In this document: positions 50,019-62,062 of the stretch, piece by piece
Numbering within the stretch: the first letter of the stretch is position 1
How the letters are laid out: each line of letters starts with the position of its first letter
NCBI RefSeq assembly: GCF_018977255.1
Contig: NW_024704743.1
Span: 69,442,001 to 69,506,000, forward strand
Direction of reading: 5' to 3'
Origin: Callorhinchus milii
Lineage: Eukaryota
DNA length: 64,000 nt
Notes under the pieces: generated by a model
Database searches by the model: none
What the model was told of the DNA's origin: nothing
The model's input: only the letters and a program-made list of their open reading frames with translations
Program-made: the position numbers and the translations under genes

Positions 50019-50519
50019 ATTTCCAATTTACCTCAAGGCCTTTTTGGGGTTTAGGGAAATGACCAGGTCCAGTTTCCCATGATAAGGTGAAAGACTGATT
50101 AGTAATAATGATAATTTAAAAACTTGTATTTGAAGGTAGCGCCATTCACTTTGGCAGATCATTTCAAAGTGCTTCGCAGGATTTACTGTAAAGTGTCATC
50201 ATCGTGTTTTTGTAGAGAGCAGCAATTTAAACCCAGCAATGTCCCATAAAAGCCATGAAGTGAGTGAACAATTTTGTTTAATCTACGACTCTAGTAGTCT
50301 GCAGTCATTTTGCAGATGAAGACAATCCAGAAAATGTTGGAAATTCACATCAGTTGGAAACTGGACCTGGTCATTTCGCTAAACCCCAAAAAGGCCTTGA
50401 GGTAAATTGGAAATACAAATGTAACCTTGTTGTTGTATCTTGTTGTTGTATATCAGTTACTAAAAGAGTGGAGCTTTTATGCCGACTGATGTGAATTTCC
50501 AAAATTTTCTGGACTGTCT
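50019..50519. repeat. Interleaved inverted duplication of a probable Penelope-like terminal repeat
   Basis: 50019-50077 is the reverse complement of 50356-50414 (58/59). 50320-50357 is the reverse complement of 50482-50519 (35/38). Confidence 0.85.
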
Positions 50520-50724
50520 AACAAGCATTAATAGGTAATGATACGGAGTGGTGACGCTGGTAAATTTTCCTCTCAAGCCCAGGGGCACTGAGATTAATTG
50601 TAGCAAATTAGAGGGCAAAGATGTATGTATAAAATGTTTGATTTGTGCTTAGCTCTATGGTTATTTAGTCCTGCAATTCATGATATTAATTATTTCTTCT
50701 ATTGATCTATTTGCCCATTTCCCC

Positions 50725-51060
50725 AATCCTCGCCAGGCTCCACTGGCTCCCTGTCTCTGACTTCAAGACCTGGATCGATTTCAAGATCCTCATCCTCGTA
50801 TTTAAATCCTTTCACACCCTAGCACCTCTCTAACCTGATTGTACCCCACACTGCTGCCCACCCTCTTCATTCAGCTGGCACAGGCTTGCTGTGTGTCCCA
50901 AGATCTACATCAGTGGCTGTGCTTTCAGCCACTACTCCACTAATCTCTGCAACTCCCTGCTTCAATCCCTCCATCTCAACCCCTTTATCTATCTTTAAAT
51001 GCCTCCTGAAGACCCGCCTCTTTGACAGCGCCTGTGTCCTCATCTCCCTTCTCTCTTGCT
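50725..51060 (+). mobile_element. Old L2 3' fragment
   Basis: ctccactggctccctgtc...gatttcaagatcctcatcctcgtatttaaatcc (LHWLPV..FKILILVFKS). Confidence 0.75.
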
Positions 51061-53196
51061 TGAGAGTGTGTCTTGGAATCTTTATTAAGAAATCCTGTTA
51101 ATCAGCTACAATTTAGGCTACAGAATCACTTCTTTGCAAGTCTGAAGCAACCACACCTGAGGGAGGTATGGCAAGTGTGTTTATGCTAATCTAGCATGGG
51201 TTATCAAACTAGCACCTTTTACACTTTTGTGTCCACCAGGCTGGTTTTGTTCCAAAATAACCGTTATTAGTTACTTCAAGGATTTATGACAGCATCTTCA
51301 AATGCTGCTAAAGCATATGAAAAGTTCCCAATTGGTGTGGAAATCTGTATTTTATGCACAGTAAGTATAAAAATAAATAGCTTCCAGCAGGTGAAAGCAT
51401 AGCAAAATGATTATTTTTGTGTTTTGCAATGGAAAACAGATGCTTACTGATCAGGAACCAGCAGGTGATGACAAGAGCTGCACAAAAGCAGCTGTTTCCT
51501 GATTACAGCATCAGAGCTATTGTATATGGTCATACATTCTGTTTGAGAGGGCGACGAAAGAGCATTGTTTACATACACAGCCTTTATTTCCTTTTTCAAA
51601 AGTTATATAACAACAACTTGCATTTATATAGCAGCCCACATGAAAAATGGAGCACTTTACATTGACGGGGATGGACATTGTACAGGAGGCTTGGGAGAGA
51701 GGCAATAGGTGGAAGTGACCATATCGGTTGAAGAGGTAACTTATATTACACTCATATATTTAATTTATAGTAAGATTGTAGTCTGATCAATTATACATGT
51801 TAAAGTCAAGATAACATAACATTCCCTGGGTTTTCAGACAACTTTATCACTGTGGCTTTTGCCGGACCTGACTTTCTAAAATGCTTTTGTTAAAAAGCAT
51901 TTAAATCTTTAAATCTGTATGATATAAAACCTCAAGGTGCTATTCTATAAAATAATGAGCTAGCTGAAACCATATGACAAAGAATATCTCTAATGGCCAA
52001 ATTCTCACCAAGAGTAATAAAAAGAAGTCGTATCACCAGACAAGATGTCATCATATATTTGGGTGCACAGTAAAACAATGCATTATGTCAACATTTAATT
52101 TAACACACAGCTTGACTGTAGAGCTTTGTCGAAATCCAGTAGCGTATACCATTACTCCATCTAGCCTATCCATCCAAATTTCCACAAGATTCCTTTGATA
52201 TATCTCAACGTGAAATACTACTGAATGTTTCGGTTAAAGGAGGACATTTTCTAGTTCCTTTCTTTCTCTCCCTTATAAATTCTTGATTGAGTTAGTATAT
52301 GCAATTGCCCCAAATTTTAGAGTCGTTTTACACATCTTACATGCTCACATTGAATTGCTTTAAGAGGGTTTGATCTAATTTTAGTTTGGCACCTAACAGT
52401 CATCACCTCATCTGTCTGTGATAGATGTAATCCAAGATTGTGGAGGAGGGAGAGAGTTCCAATACATTCCTCTGTGTCAGATCTTTTCTTTTCCGTTGGC
52501 CAGGCCATGAGTCTGAATCCTGATTCTACTTCCTTTTTATTGTCTGCTGTACAAGTGCAGTGTGTAAGAGGTCAGTTACATAATGACGGGCTTACACGGT
52601 TTGACAACTTAATTTGAATTCTGATATCTGTTTCACTGCTTAAATAATACCTTATCTGAAACATTGCATTCGCATGTCTCTCAGGACACATGACAGTGTA
52701 CTGCAATTTCTCCGTTGTCAATAAGAGTTGCTGGAAAAATATGGGTATAGAATGTATGGATTTCACCTACACCAGGTGCCAACATTTAAACCAGCTATGA
52801 TTAACACTGGCCATCAGATAATTGCAAATTCATTGAAATGAATGCCCAAATGTCCAGCATCAAATGATTCAAAGTAAAGGTCAGCGTTCACTGGAAATGT
52901 AATCTATATGTGGAGCATCCAAGAAATATTTTTTGCCATATTATTGAAAAATTGTATTGAGTTTCCTTGAGCATGTCTTTAAACTGGAAGGGGATGCATC
53001 TCTATGAATTTCCTGTCAAACTGAGAATAAAGGGAATTAAAATGCACTCATTTCTAAAAAGGTTTGTAAATATTGAATCCTGCACATAGTCAGTCACATC
53101 CGAAGGCAATCCACTGGAACTGCACTCAGATGCTAATCTATGATGATCTTCTCCCTGATAAAATACAATAAAGAAAAAGATTAGTTTCATGCTTGA

Positions 53197-54302
53197 ACAA
53201 CAACAAGAACAACAAAATTACATTTGTATAGTACGTTTTAAGTCTGGAGGATGTCCCAAGGTGCTGGACAGTCAGTGTTTCGGACCTGAGGTGGAGGTTG
53301 GGAATTAGGGAGGGTGGAAGGCAGGAAGGGAAGCATGGTGATCGAAAGCATGGTCAAACAGGAGGGTCTTGAGAAGGGTCTTGAAGGAGGCAAGGGTGGG
53401 TGCGGGATGGAGTTCTAGAGGGTGGGGGCAGAGTGGCAGACGGTCTGCCCACCAATGGTGGGGTGGGAGAGACGGAGATGTCAAGCAGGCTAGAGCTCGC
53501 TGAGCGGAGGGAGAGGCCAGGATGGTAGAGGATTAGGAGATCGCAGAGGCAGAGGGAGCAAGGCCATGGAGGGCTTTGAAGGTGTTGGGGCGGCCGACAA
53601 GCAAGGAGTTTGCATAGTCAAGCCTCAATGTTATGAATGCGTGTTTGAGGATTTTGGCGGTGGAACCGGGCAATGTTGCGGAGGTGGGGGAAGGAAGAGT
53701 GGGTCATAGCACAGATATGGGGTAGAAAGAGTAGTTGAGGGTCAACCAAGACCCCAAGGTTCTAGACTGGATAGTGAGGTGGAGGGTGCAACTGTGGATG
53801 GTGAAGCTGTCAGCGCCTGAGGTGATGAGGCACTGACGGGAGCCAATCAGGAGAGCCTCGGTCTTGTTGACGTTCAACTGAAGAAAGTTATCTCTCATCC
53901 AGGACTTGATGTCCGACAGACATTCTGTCAGCACAGCAATGGTCCTGGAGTCAAGGGTGGAGGCAGAGAGGTAGAGTTGGGTGTCATCCGCATACATGTG
54001 GAAGTTGACCCCATGTCTGCGGATGATGTTACCAAGAGGGAGCATATAGATATTGAAGAGGAGGGGACCGAGGACAGAGCTCTTAGGAACACGGCATGAG
54101 ACGATGCGGGGGCTAGTTAAAATGTTTGTGGAGATGAAGTGGAGGCGGTGTGAGAGATGCGATCTGAACCATTCAAGGACAGAACCGTGAAGGTTGAGGT
54201 GAAAGAAGAGGCGGTGGATGAGGATAGAATGGTCAATGGTGTCGAAGGCAGCAGAGAGGTCAAGAAGGACGAGGAAGCAGAGGGAGCCCTGGTCGCAGAT
54301 TA
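53197..54302 (-). mobile_element. L2 LINE with reverse-transcriptase domain, internally deleted
   Basis: LVLLDLSAAFDTIDHSIL..WFRSHLSHR..VLGPLLFNIYMLPLG..FHMYADDTQLY..FLQLNVNKTEALLIG; (caa)n tail at 53197. Confidence 0.95.
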
Positions 54303-55064
54303 ACAGAATATAATTTCCAATCTCCTCCCCTTCCAATATATCCGTAGATTCCCACTCCAGGATCCACATGATCCTCTCCTGTTTTTTCTGTTACATTACT
54401 CACCCAGATCACAGATCGTGTCATCAAGGCTGTCCTTACTGCTTTAAAATTATATTCTGGCCCCTAGAATATAATTGCACTTAAAGCGAAAGCGTTTTGT
54501 TTTACACAAACTCTATGTTTTCAATCTATCTATAGTAATATCCTTAAAAAAAGGTTGCGTGTCAATTCAAAACAAGATGACCGTGACAATACCTCCCGTG
54601 AGAGAGTGCACATTCCATTCCAAACGTGAGAATTTCCATCTGACACTTCTTAACAAATAGCTTCTTGCACAGAGAAGTTTGGTGTTTATTTTCTGTTGTA
54701 CATATGAGCAGTAGTGAAGCAAAATAAGTTTACAAGGCTCAATGTTCTCTCTGAGATTGTAGTATTGGAAGGTAAGTGACTGTGGCAGGCATTTCCACGG
54801 TAATCTTGTAGAGGAGTGGAAACGTTTTTCATAGCAATGATATCCTTTAGGATGCACAGAAGGCTCTGTCTGAAATTCTAATATTTTGATTTCTGTAGCT
54901 CTCTGCACTTTATAATAATAACTGCTCACGTAGTGACTGGGAACCATGTATCCAAATGGAAAGGGGAACTGAATACTGTCCCCTATAGTAATAGAATGGC
55001 AATAGTAGGGGCAGGGGAATATTGGAAGGATGAGATCAAGTGGCCAAAGCGTCTTCTTCATCTG

Positions 55065-55200
55065 ACCTTCTCTTCCCTCCCCTCACCCTGACCATTTCCC
55101 CCCCGCTTGGGTCCCGACCCAACTGTCCAGCGCCCTGGGACGTCCTCCCGACGTGAAAGGCGCTCAATAAATGAAATCTTGTTGTTGTTGTTGTTGTTGT
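55065..55200 (+). mobile_element. Short L2 3' terminus
   Basis: agcgccctgggacgtcctcccgacgtgaaaggcgct and (ttg)n tail. Confidence 0.85.
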
Positions 55201-56714
55201 AGTGATCTTCCAACTGCTTAATATTGTTGCTAGTCAGCAGAGGGAGGATTCTCCACAGGAGACTAGAGACCAAATGTAAGCATCTTAGTTCTCATGAAAC
55301 AGAAAGACCACTTCAGCTATAGCAGGTAAGGATTATAATAGCACAGCCTGCAATATGCTACTGAAGGCAGAGAACTTCCAGCTCAGCATGACTATGTTTT
55401 CTTAACGTAGAGTTAAGGTGTATTGCTGTCGCTGTTATGTGGGAGTTTGAACTCTAGGATGGCCTATGCGAAACATCTAAATAAGCTAGAACTCTTCAGC
55501 CTCCCAAAAAGTATCTCACAGGAACCCAGATAAGATTTGAGATGTAGAAGATGCTTAATGAGATAAAGAAAAAAAACCAGAACAATACTTTCTAACACAC
55601 AAACATAGGCACAATGAGGTTATGATGGGCAATTTTAGGATTGACATCAGGAAATATTTCTTTCCACAGAGCATATTCTTCAGTTGAAATAGATTACCAG
55701 GACAGACAGTTGAGACCAGGATACTGGACTCATTCAAGAATCACTCTGATCCTTTGTGCATCATTCTCCAAAATGTCCACACCTTTCCATCCCATACTCT
55801 GTCCTAGACATGCCCTGTGGTGCAACACCTTCATGTTCTATTTACAAATCTGGTTTGATCACCTCAGAAACTACGCCTCTACCCAGGGTCTAAACTGCTT
55901 AGTTTGCTGCAACAACATATACATATACATCCTATCATCCTTGGCAAACTGATGCCTCATGAATAGCTGTAACCATCATCACTCACTTCGCACTGCAGAG
56001 GAATACAATACACTCTTTATTTTCCACCACATGTTCAAGACATCCTCGAGCACAATACAGGTCCATGCTCTTACTCATACAGGCTGAAACCGCAGACAGT
56101 CCCATTCTGTCTGTCTTGGTCTTATCCTATTTGGAAGATTTGCAAGTTTACTCATAATGAAATAAGGATTATCAAAAGGTTATTAAAACATGGTTTTAGC
56201 CAACTCACCCTAGCCAGTTCTATCCTGATGTGGAGTACAGCTGTTCTGGATGAGTTTTACACACAGTGGGCAACAGTACTCTGCTCAATCTCATTGAGTA
56301 ATGGGCTTGGACTCTCTGTTATACCTCTCAAACATTCCTGCTGAAAGCAATACCAGTTGGATTATAACTTTATTGTGACAGCAATGTACAATCAACATTT
56401 GCAATGATATTTATAACTTTCTTCATGAAAGAGGAAACTTCCCACTAGTAGAATGTTGAAAGAGGAAAGCAATTACACTTACATTTAGCAGTCATCTAAC
56501 TATTTGTTGTGCCTGAGCCAGACACTACGAGGGAGCTGACACCATGATTATAAATATAAATGGAGAAGCGATTCATCCTGAAATCAGTGAAAATCCAATC
56601 TCCATTTGGTGCTCTAACTTGGCTGAATCATGCAATTCAACTCCGGTGAAAGTAACTTGAAAACATGTTAGAAGGAGCTCTCAATGAATAATACCCATTT
56701 GGATGTCATTTGAT

Positions 56715-57095
56715 AACACACTCATCACTGAGTCAGAAGTTGTGGGTTCAAGACCCATGTTGGGACTTTGATCTCATAGTCTAGACTAACATTCCAGGAT
56801 CACTACATTGCTGGAGGTCCTATCCTTCAGATGAGATGTTAAACTGAGCATGAACTTTAAGGATCCTATGGTACTATTCAAAAGAGAAGGGAATTTCTCC
56901 TGTGTTCTGTCCAACTGTCCTCCAGAAAAAATGGTCATTCACGTCATGGCTGTTTGTGGAATATTGCTGTGAACCATCTGGTTGCCTCATTTGCCTACAA
57001 ATGCACAGTTCCAACATTTTACAGTAAAATCCCGTGAAGCACTTTAAGACACTTCAACAATGTGAAAAACACTATATCAAACCAAGCATTTTAAA
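56715..57095 (+). mobile_element. Deu-type SINE
   Basis: ctgagtcagaagttgtgggttcaag head, ttcagatgagatgttaaac core and standard 3' part. Confidence 0.72.
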
Positions 57096-57255
57096 AATTA
57101 TATACTGAGGGCTACCAATGTACATGGAACCTTACCCCAAAAGAAGTGTAAGAGTGAAGCACCTTCAGGAGAGAGAAGGGGAGAACATTGTTGGGAAATA
57201 AAGAAATAGGCAATACTGCATTAGACATTTGAATTCACTCAACTTAACAATTTAC

Positions 57256-57595
57256 ACAAAACACAAAATACTGCAGATGCTGGAAATCTGAAAACAAAAA
57301 CAGAAGTTGCTGGGGGTAAAAGGGAAGAACGAAAGTTACGTCAAAGAAAAGAGCAAAACTTCTTTAAGGTAGGCATTTCTAGAAGTGGCAGTGAATTAAA
57401 TATAAACAAAACACAAAATACTCAATTCCAGTATCTGCAGTATTTTATGTTTTGTTTATATTTAACTCACTGCCACTTCTCTTCTAGGAATGCCTACTTT
57501 GAAGAAGTTTTTCTTTTCTCTTTGACGTGACTTTCGTTCTTTCCTTTTACCCTGCTCACCTTCTTTGCTATCTCCCAGCGACTTCTGTTTTTGTT
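57256..57595. mobile_element. Palindromic non-autonomous Penelope-like element (inverted pLTR plus ORF start)
   Basis: Arms 57293-57422 and 57439-57595 are reverse complements. aaaatactgcagatgctggaaatctgaaaacaaaaacag is recalled as the chondrichthyan Penelope terminus. ATG at 57490 gives MPTLKKFFFSL*RDFRSFLLPCSPSLL. Confidence 0.75.
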
Positions 57596-57696
57596 AACAA
57601 TGCACACAATTTGATGAGATCCAAATTTATCATTAAATACGGTATTTTAATGCCAGTCAACAACACCAGTAACAAAAATGATTAAAATTGGTCATT

Positions 57697-58028
57697 GAGA
57701 CATCTCAAAGCACTTCTCAGAACATACTGTAAAGTGAATTGACTGTATAAGTTGAGGGTGAAACGCAGCAGCCAATTGCACACAGCAGTGTCCCACAAAC
57801 AGTTGTGGATTAAGTGACCAAATTATACTTTTTTTTTAATTTGTAGGGATTATTGCCCCTGAAAGCGATCTGCCAATCAACTCACAATCAGGTTCCTACT
57901 TTCTACTAGGTAAATGGAGGTGTGTAGAGTAAGCAAACTTGCCTAAGGTTACACCCTGCCTGGGAATTGAACCCGGTTCCTCTCTCTTGCGAGGTGAATG
58001 CTCTAACCAATACTCTACAAGACTCCAC
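57697..58028 (-). mobile_element. tRNA-derived SINE, older subfamily, diverged
   Basis: rc head ggagtcttgtagagtattggttagagc and long internal segment. Confidence 0.8.
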
Positions 58029-58849
58029 AGCATTTTAAGTAAAAGCTGCCGCAATTATACACACAGTCACACCACTTTACAGTATATCCTGTGAAGTGCT
58101 CTGAGAATTCCGAACGATGTGATGGGGCACCAAATCAAATGTAAGTATTATCATTATTATTTAAAATTTAGACTTTCCATAAAATTTTTTTAAAGAGCAG
58201 CAAAATTCATTGGGGATTTTGTATATCAAATCCATTGCGAAAAAAGTTTATATTGTAAAATATCTTTCACAAATAGATTCAATTAAACATAAGCTTTCAA
58301 AATTCTCTGCTTTGATTACTGTTTTTGCGATGTTTATTTTACAGACTGTCCAGCGCTTTGGGACGGCCTTCTGACATGAAAGACACGAAACAAATGTCAT
58401 TTTATATTATTTTGTGCACAGCTGACTGGACATATAGTCAGTAGAGTGCAATTATTATAATTATTTATAATAATTTATTATTATTTTACGAAAGTGATCG
58501 CTTACAAAATATACAATAAGATACAAATTATACTTTACAATAAATCCTGTGAAGCACTGAGATAACCTCCCAGTGTGAAACGCTCTATATTAAATGTGGT
58601 GATTATTATTGATGTTGTGTACAAAGCTTTCAACATAAACGCAAGTGTGAAGCGTGAGGGATGACATTGTGATCAGTAAAAACAAGATGAACAGCAAAAT
58701 CATTTAAAAATAATAAATCACTTTCTTTTAAAAATAACACACTTTCAATGTTCGATTTAACAATAATAATCCTTGCATCTGACAAATACTTGGAATTAGC
58801 TTTAATCAGAGGTTAGTTTATTTGGAATTATATGCATTGCAACCATAAC

Positions 58850-59335
58850 AATAATAATTTGATATAGCGCCTTTTCATGTTTTTGAGACGTCTGAAAGCA
58901 CTTCACAGAATAATAATAATCCCTCCAAAACCAAAACCAATAATAAATTGGTCATTTTCAATCTACGACTGTTTGTGGGACATTGCTGTGCGCAATTGGC
59001 TGCCGCATTTGCCCACAAATATACAGTCAATTCACTTTAAAGTGTGTTCTGTGAAGCGCTTTGGGACGTCCTCCCGACGTGAAAAGCGCTATATCGAATG
59101 CAAGGATTATTATTATCATACTGTAAAGCAAATTGACTGTATATTCTGTGGGCGAAATGCGCCAAGCAATAGCGCACAGCAGTGTCCCACAAACAGCGGT
59201 GGATTGAGTGAAGGGATTACTACTCTCCGAAAGCAATGGACTAACAACCAGGTTCCGACTTCCTGCTGAGCAAACAGAGGCGTGTGGAATAAGGAAAAGT
59301 TGCCTGAAGTGTGACTGCCTGCCCGGGACTTCAAA
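58850..59335 (-). mobile_element. Older-subfamily SINE (-) carrying an opposite-strand insert of the young-subfamily 3' half (58910-59116, +)
   Basis: Host sequence cttcacagaa | catactgtaaag is continuous across the insert. Confidence 0.85.
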
Positions 59336-59498
59336 ACATCACTGTGGTTCTGTCTGTTCATAAAAGATGCTGCAGAAAAATACAGGTCTGTTGTGTGGAT
59401 GAGGGGGTGTGAGCGCCAGGACCCGGGGGGCAGTGTCAGTGAGCAGAGTGTGAGCTCCAGCGGCACAGAGACAGAGAGAGAGGCTGAGTGTCAGAGAG

Positions 59499-61218
59499 GA
59501 CACCCAGAGCTCCCTCACCCAACCCTCCCTCACCCAACCCTGACACCCAGAGCTCCCTCACCCAACCCTCCCTCACCCAACCCTGACACCCAGAGCTCCC
59601 TCACCCAACCCTCCCTCACCCAACCCTGACACCCAGCCCTCCCTCACCCAACCCTGACACCCAGAGCTCCCTCACCCAGCCCTCCCTCACCCAACCCTCC
59701 CTCACCCAGCCCTCCCTCACCCTCCCTCACCCAACCCTCCCTCACCCAACCCTGACACCCAGAGCTCCCTCACTCAACCCTCCCTCACCCAACCCTCCCT
59801 CACCCCCCTCACCCAACCCTCCCTCACCCAGCCCTCCCTCACCCAACCCTCCCTCACCCTCCCTCACCCAGCCCTCCCTCACCCAGCCCTCCCTCACCCA
59901 ACCCTCCCTCACCCAACCCTCCCTCACCCAACCCTGACACCCAGAGCTCCCTCACCCAACCCTCCCTCACCCAGCCCTCCCTCACCCAGCCCTCCCTCAC
60001 CCAACCCTCCCTCACCCAACCCTCCCTCACCCAACCCTGACACCCAGAGCTCCCTCACCCAGCCCTCCCTCACCCTCCCTCACCCAACCCTCCCTCACCC
60101 AGCCCTCCCTCACCCAACCCTCCCTCACCCAACCCTGACACCCAGCCCTCCCTCACACAAACCTGACACCCAGCCCTCCATCACCCAACCCTACATCACC
60201 CAACCCTGACACCCAGCCATCCCTCACCCAACCCTACATCACCTGACACCCAACCCTCCCTCACCCAACCCTGACACCCAGCCCTCCCTCACCCAACCCT
60301 GACACCCAGCCCTCCCTCACCCAACCCTGACACCCAGCCCTCCCTCACCCAACCCTGACACCCAGCCCTCCCTCACCCAACCCTCCCTCACCCAACCCTG
60401 ACACCCAACCCTGACACCCAACCCTCCCTCACCCAACCCTCCCTCACCCAACCCTAACACCCAACCCTCCCTCACCCAGCCCTCCCTCACCCAACCCTCC
60501 CTCACCCAACCCTAACACCCAACCCTCCCTCACCCAGCCCTCCCTCACCCAACCCTCCCTCACCCAACCCTGACACCCAACCCTCCCTCACCCAACCCTG
60601 ACACCCAACCCTCCCTCACCCAACCCTGACACCCAGCCCTCCCTCACCCAACCCTGACACCCAGCCCTCCCTCACCCAACCCTGACACCCAGCCCTCCCT
60701 CACCCAGCCCTCCCTCACCCAGCCCTCCCTCACCCAGCCCTCCCTCACCCAACCCTCCCTCACCCAACCCTCCCTCACACAACCCTCCCTCACCCAACCC
60801 TGATACCCAACCCTCCCTCACCCAGCCCTCCCTCACCCAACCCTCCCTCACCCAACCCTGACACCCAGCCCTCCCCCACCCAACCCTCCATCACCCAGCC
60901 CTCCCCACCCAACCCTGACACTCAGCCCTCCCTCACCCAACCCTCACCCAACCCTGACACCCAGCCCTCCCTCACCCAACCCTCCCTCACCCAACCCTGA
61001 CACCCAGCCCTCCCCCACCCAACCCTCCATCACCCAGCCCTCCCCCACCCAACCCTCCATCACCCAGCCCTCCCCCACCCAACCCTGACACCCAGCCCTC
61101 CCCCACCCAACCCTGACACCCAGCCCTCCCCCACCCAACCCTGACACCCAGCCCTCCCCCACCCAACCCTGACACCCAGCCCTCCCCCACCCAACCCTGA
61201 CACCCAGCCCTCCCTCAC
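59499..61218. repeat. C-rich minisatellite of mixed 13-15-bp units (ccctccctcacccaa / ccctgacacccag)
   Basis: Directly visible ~1.7-kb array. The minus strand reads (GGGTTGGGTGAGGGA)n. Confidence 0.97.
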
Positions 61219-61564
61219 GCAGCAACAACCTCCATCCCACAGGAAAACCCTCCATCGCACAGCAACACTCAGCCCTCCACCACCGCACCACAACAACCCC
61301 CCGCGCTGCACCGCACAGCGCAGCCCCGACATCCAGTGACCGAAAGGAAACCCGGAGCCGCTATTGCCATTAACCCCCAACAACCGCCCCCGTCACCCCC
61401 ACCCCCCCATCACAACAACAACGACAACAACGACAACAAACAAACGAGAGAGGAGCAAAAGCAGTGGGGGGTCGGGGGGGAGACCCTCGGGACTGAGTGA
61501 GTGAGTGAGTGAGGAGCTCCCGGAGAGAGTGCGCGGCTGAGCTGAGCTGCGGCTGCGGCTGAGG

Positions 61565-62048
61565 ATGAGGATGAGGATGAGGTGGTCGCGGGGCGCGGCG
61601 GTGCCGGTGCCGGTGTGGCTGGTGGTGGCCGTGGGACTGGCGCTGACGGTGAGCGTCCGGCACCTCCCGCCCGGGGACCCCGCCCGGGGTGGGGGTGGTG
61701 GGGGGCTCCGGCCCGCCGAGCCCGAGCGGGCAGCCCCCGCCCCGCCGCCCCCGCCCCCGCCCCGGCCCCGGCACCTGCCCCGCCGCAGCCCGCGCCTCGA
61801 CCCCCTCCTCAGCGACGAGGAGCTGATGGCCGTGACCCCGCCCAGACCCCGAGCCCCCCTCCGCCGCCCCGGCCCCGGCCCCGGCCCGGGGGGTACCGGC
61901 TGCTGGGGGCGGGCAGGGGGTCGCGGCCGCTGGCGGCGCCCGGGGAGGACGGCGACCCCCCGCTGCCCGGCGCGCGGGGCGGCTTCAGCGAGGCGGTGAG
62001 TGAGAGGATCCCTCTGCACCGGAGGCTCCCTGAGGTACGCGAGGCTTT
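61565..62048 (+). CDS. GALNT15: Polypeptide N-acetylgalactosaminyltransferase 15, first coding exon (one apparent 1-nt deletion between ~61830 and 61893)
   Basis: Type II membrane start MRMRMRWSR + hydrophobic AAVPVPVWLVVAVGLALTVSV, Pro-rich stem, LLSDEELMAV. In the shifted frame: GGYRLL...GFSEAVSERIPLHRRLPEVREAL, resembling recalled GALNT15 motifs (EDQLLVAV, GGSYRLI, ALSARIPLQRALPEVRHPL). Ends at donor tt|GTAAGT (62049), phase 2. Confidence 0.8.
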
Positions 62049-62062
62049 GTAAGTACAGGAGC

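Noticed and set aside
53704..54369. 221-aa ORF with RT motifs as a functional gene
   Set aside because: Fragment of a truncated, internally deleted L2; the ORF start lies in unrelated flanking DNA.
57256..57595. Hammerhead ribozyme in the palindromic Penelope
   Set aside because: I could not find a CUGANGA...GAAA core with a stem II in the retained portion.
59499..61218. Possible telomeric repeat or CRISPR-like array
   Set aside because: Units are 13-15-mers rather than (TTAGGG)n, there are no unique spacers, and the context is eukaryotic.
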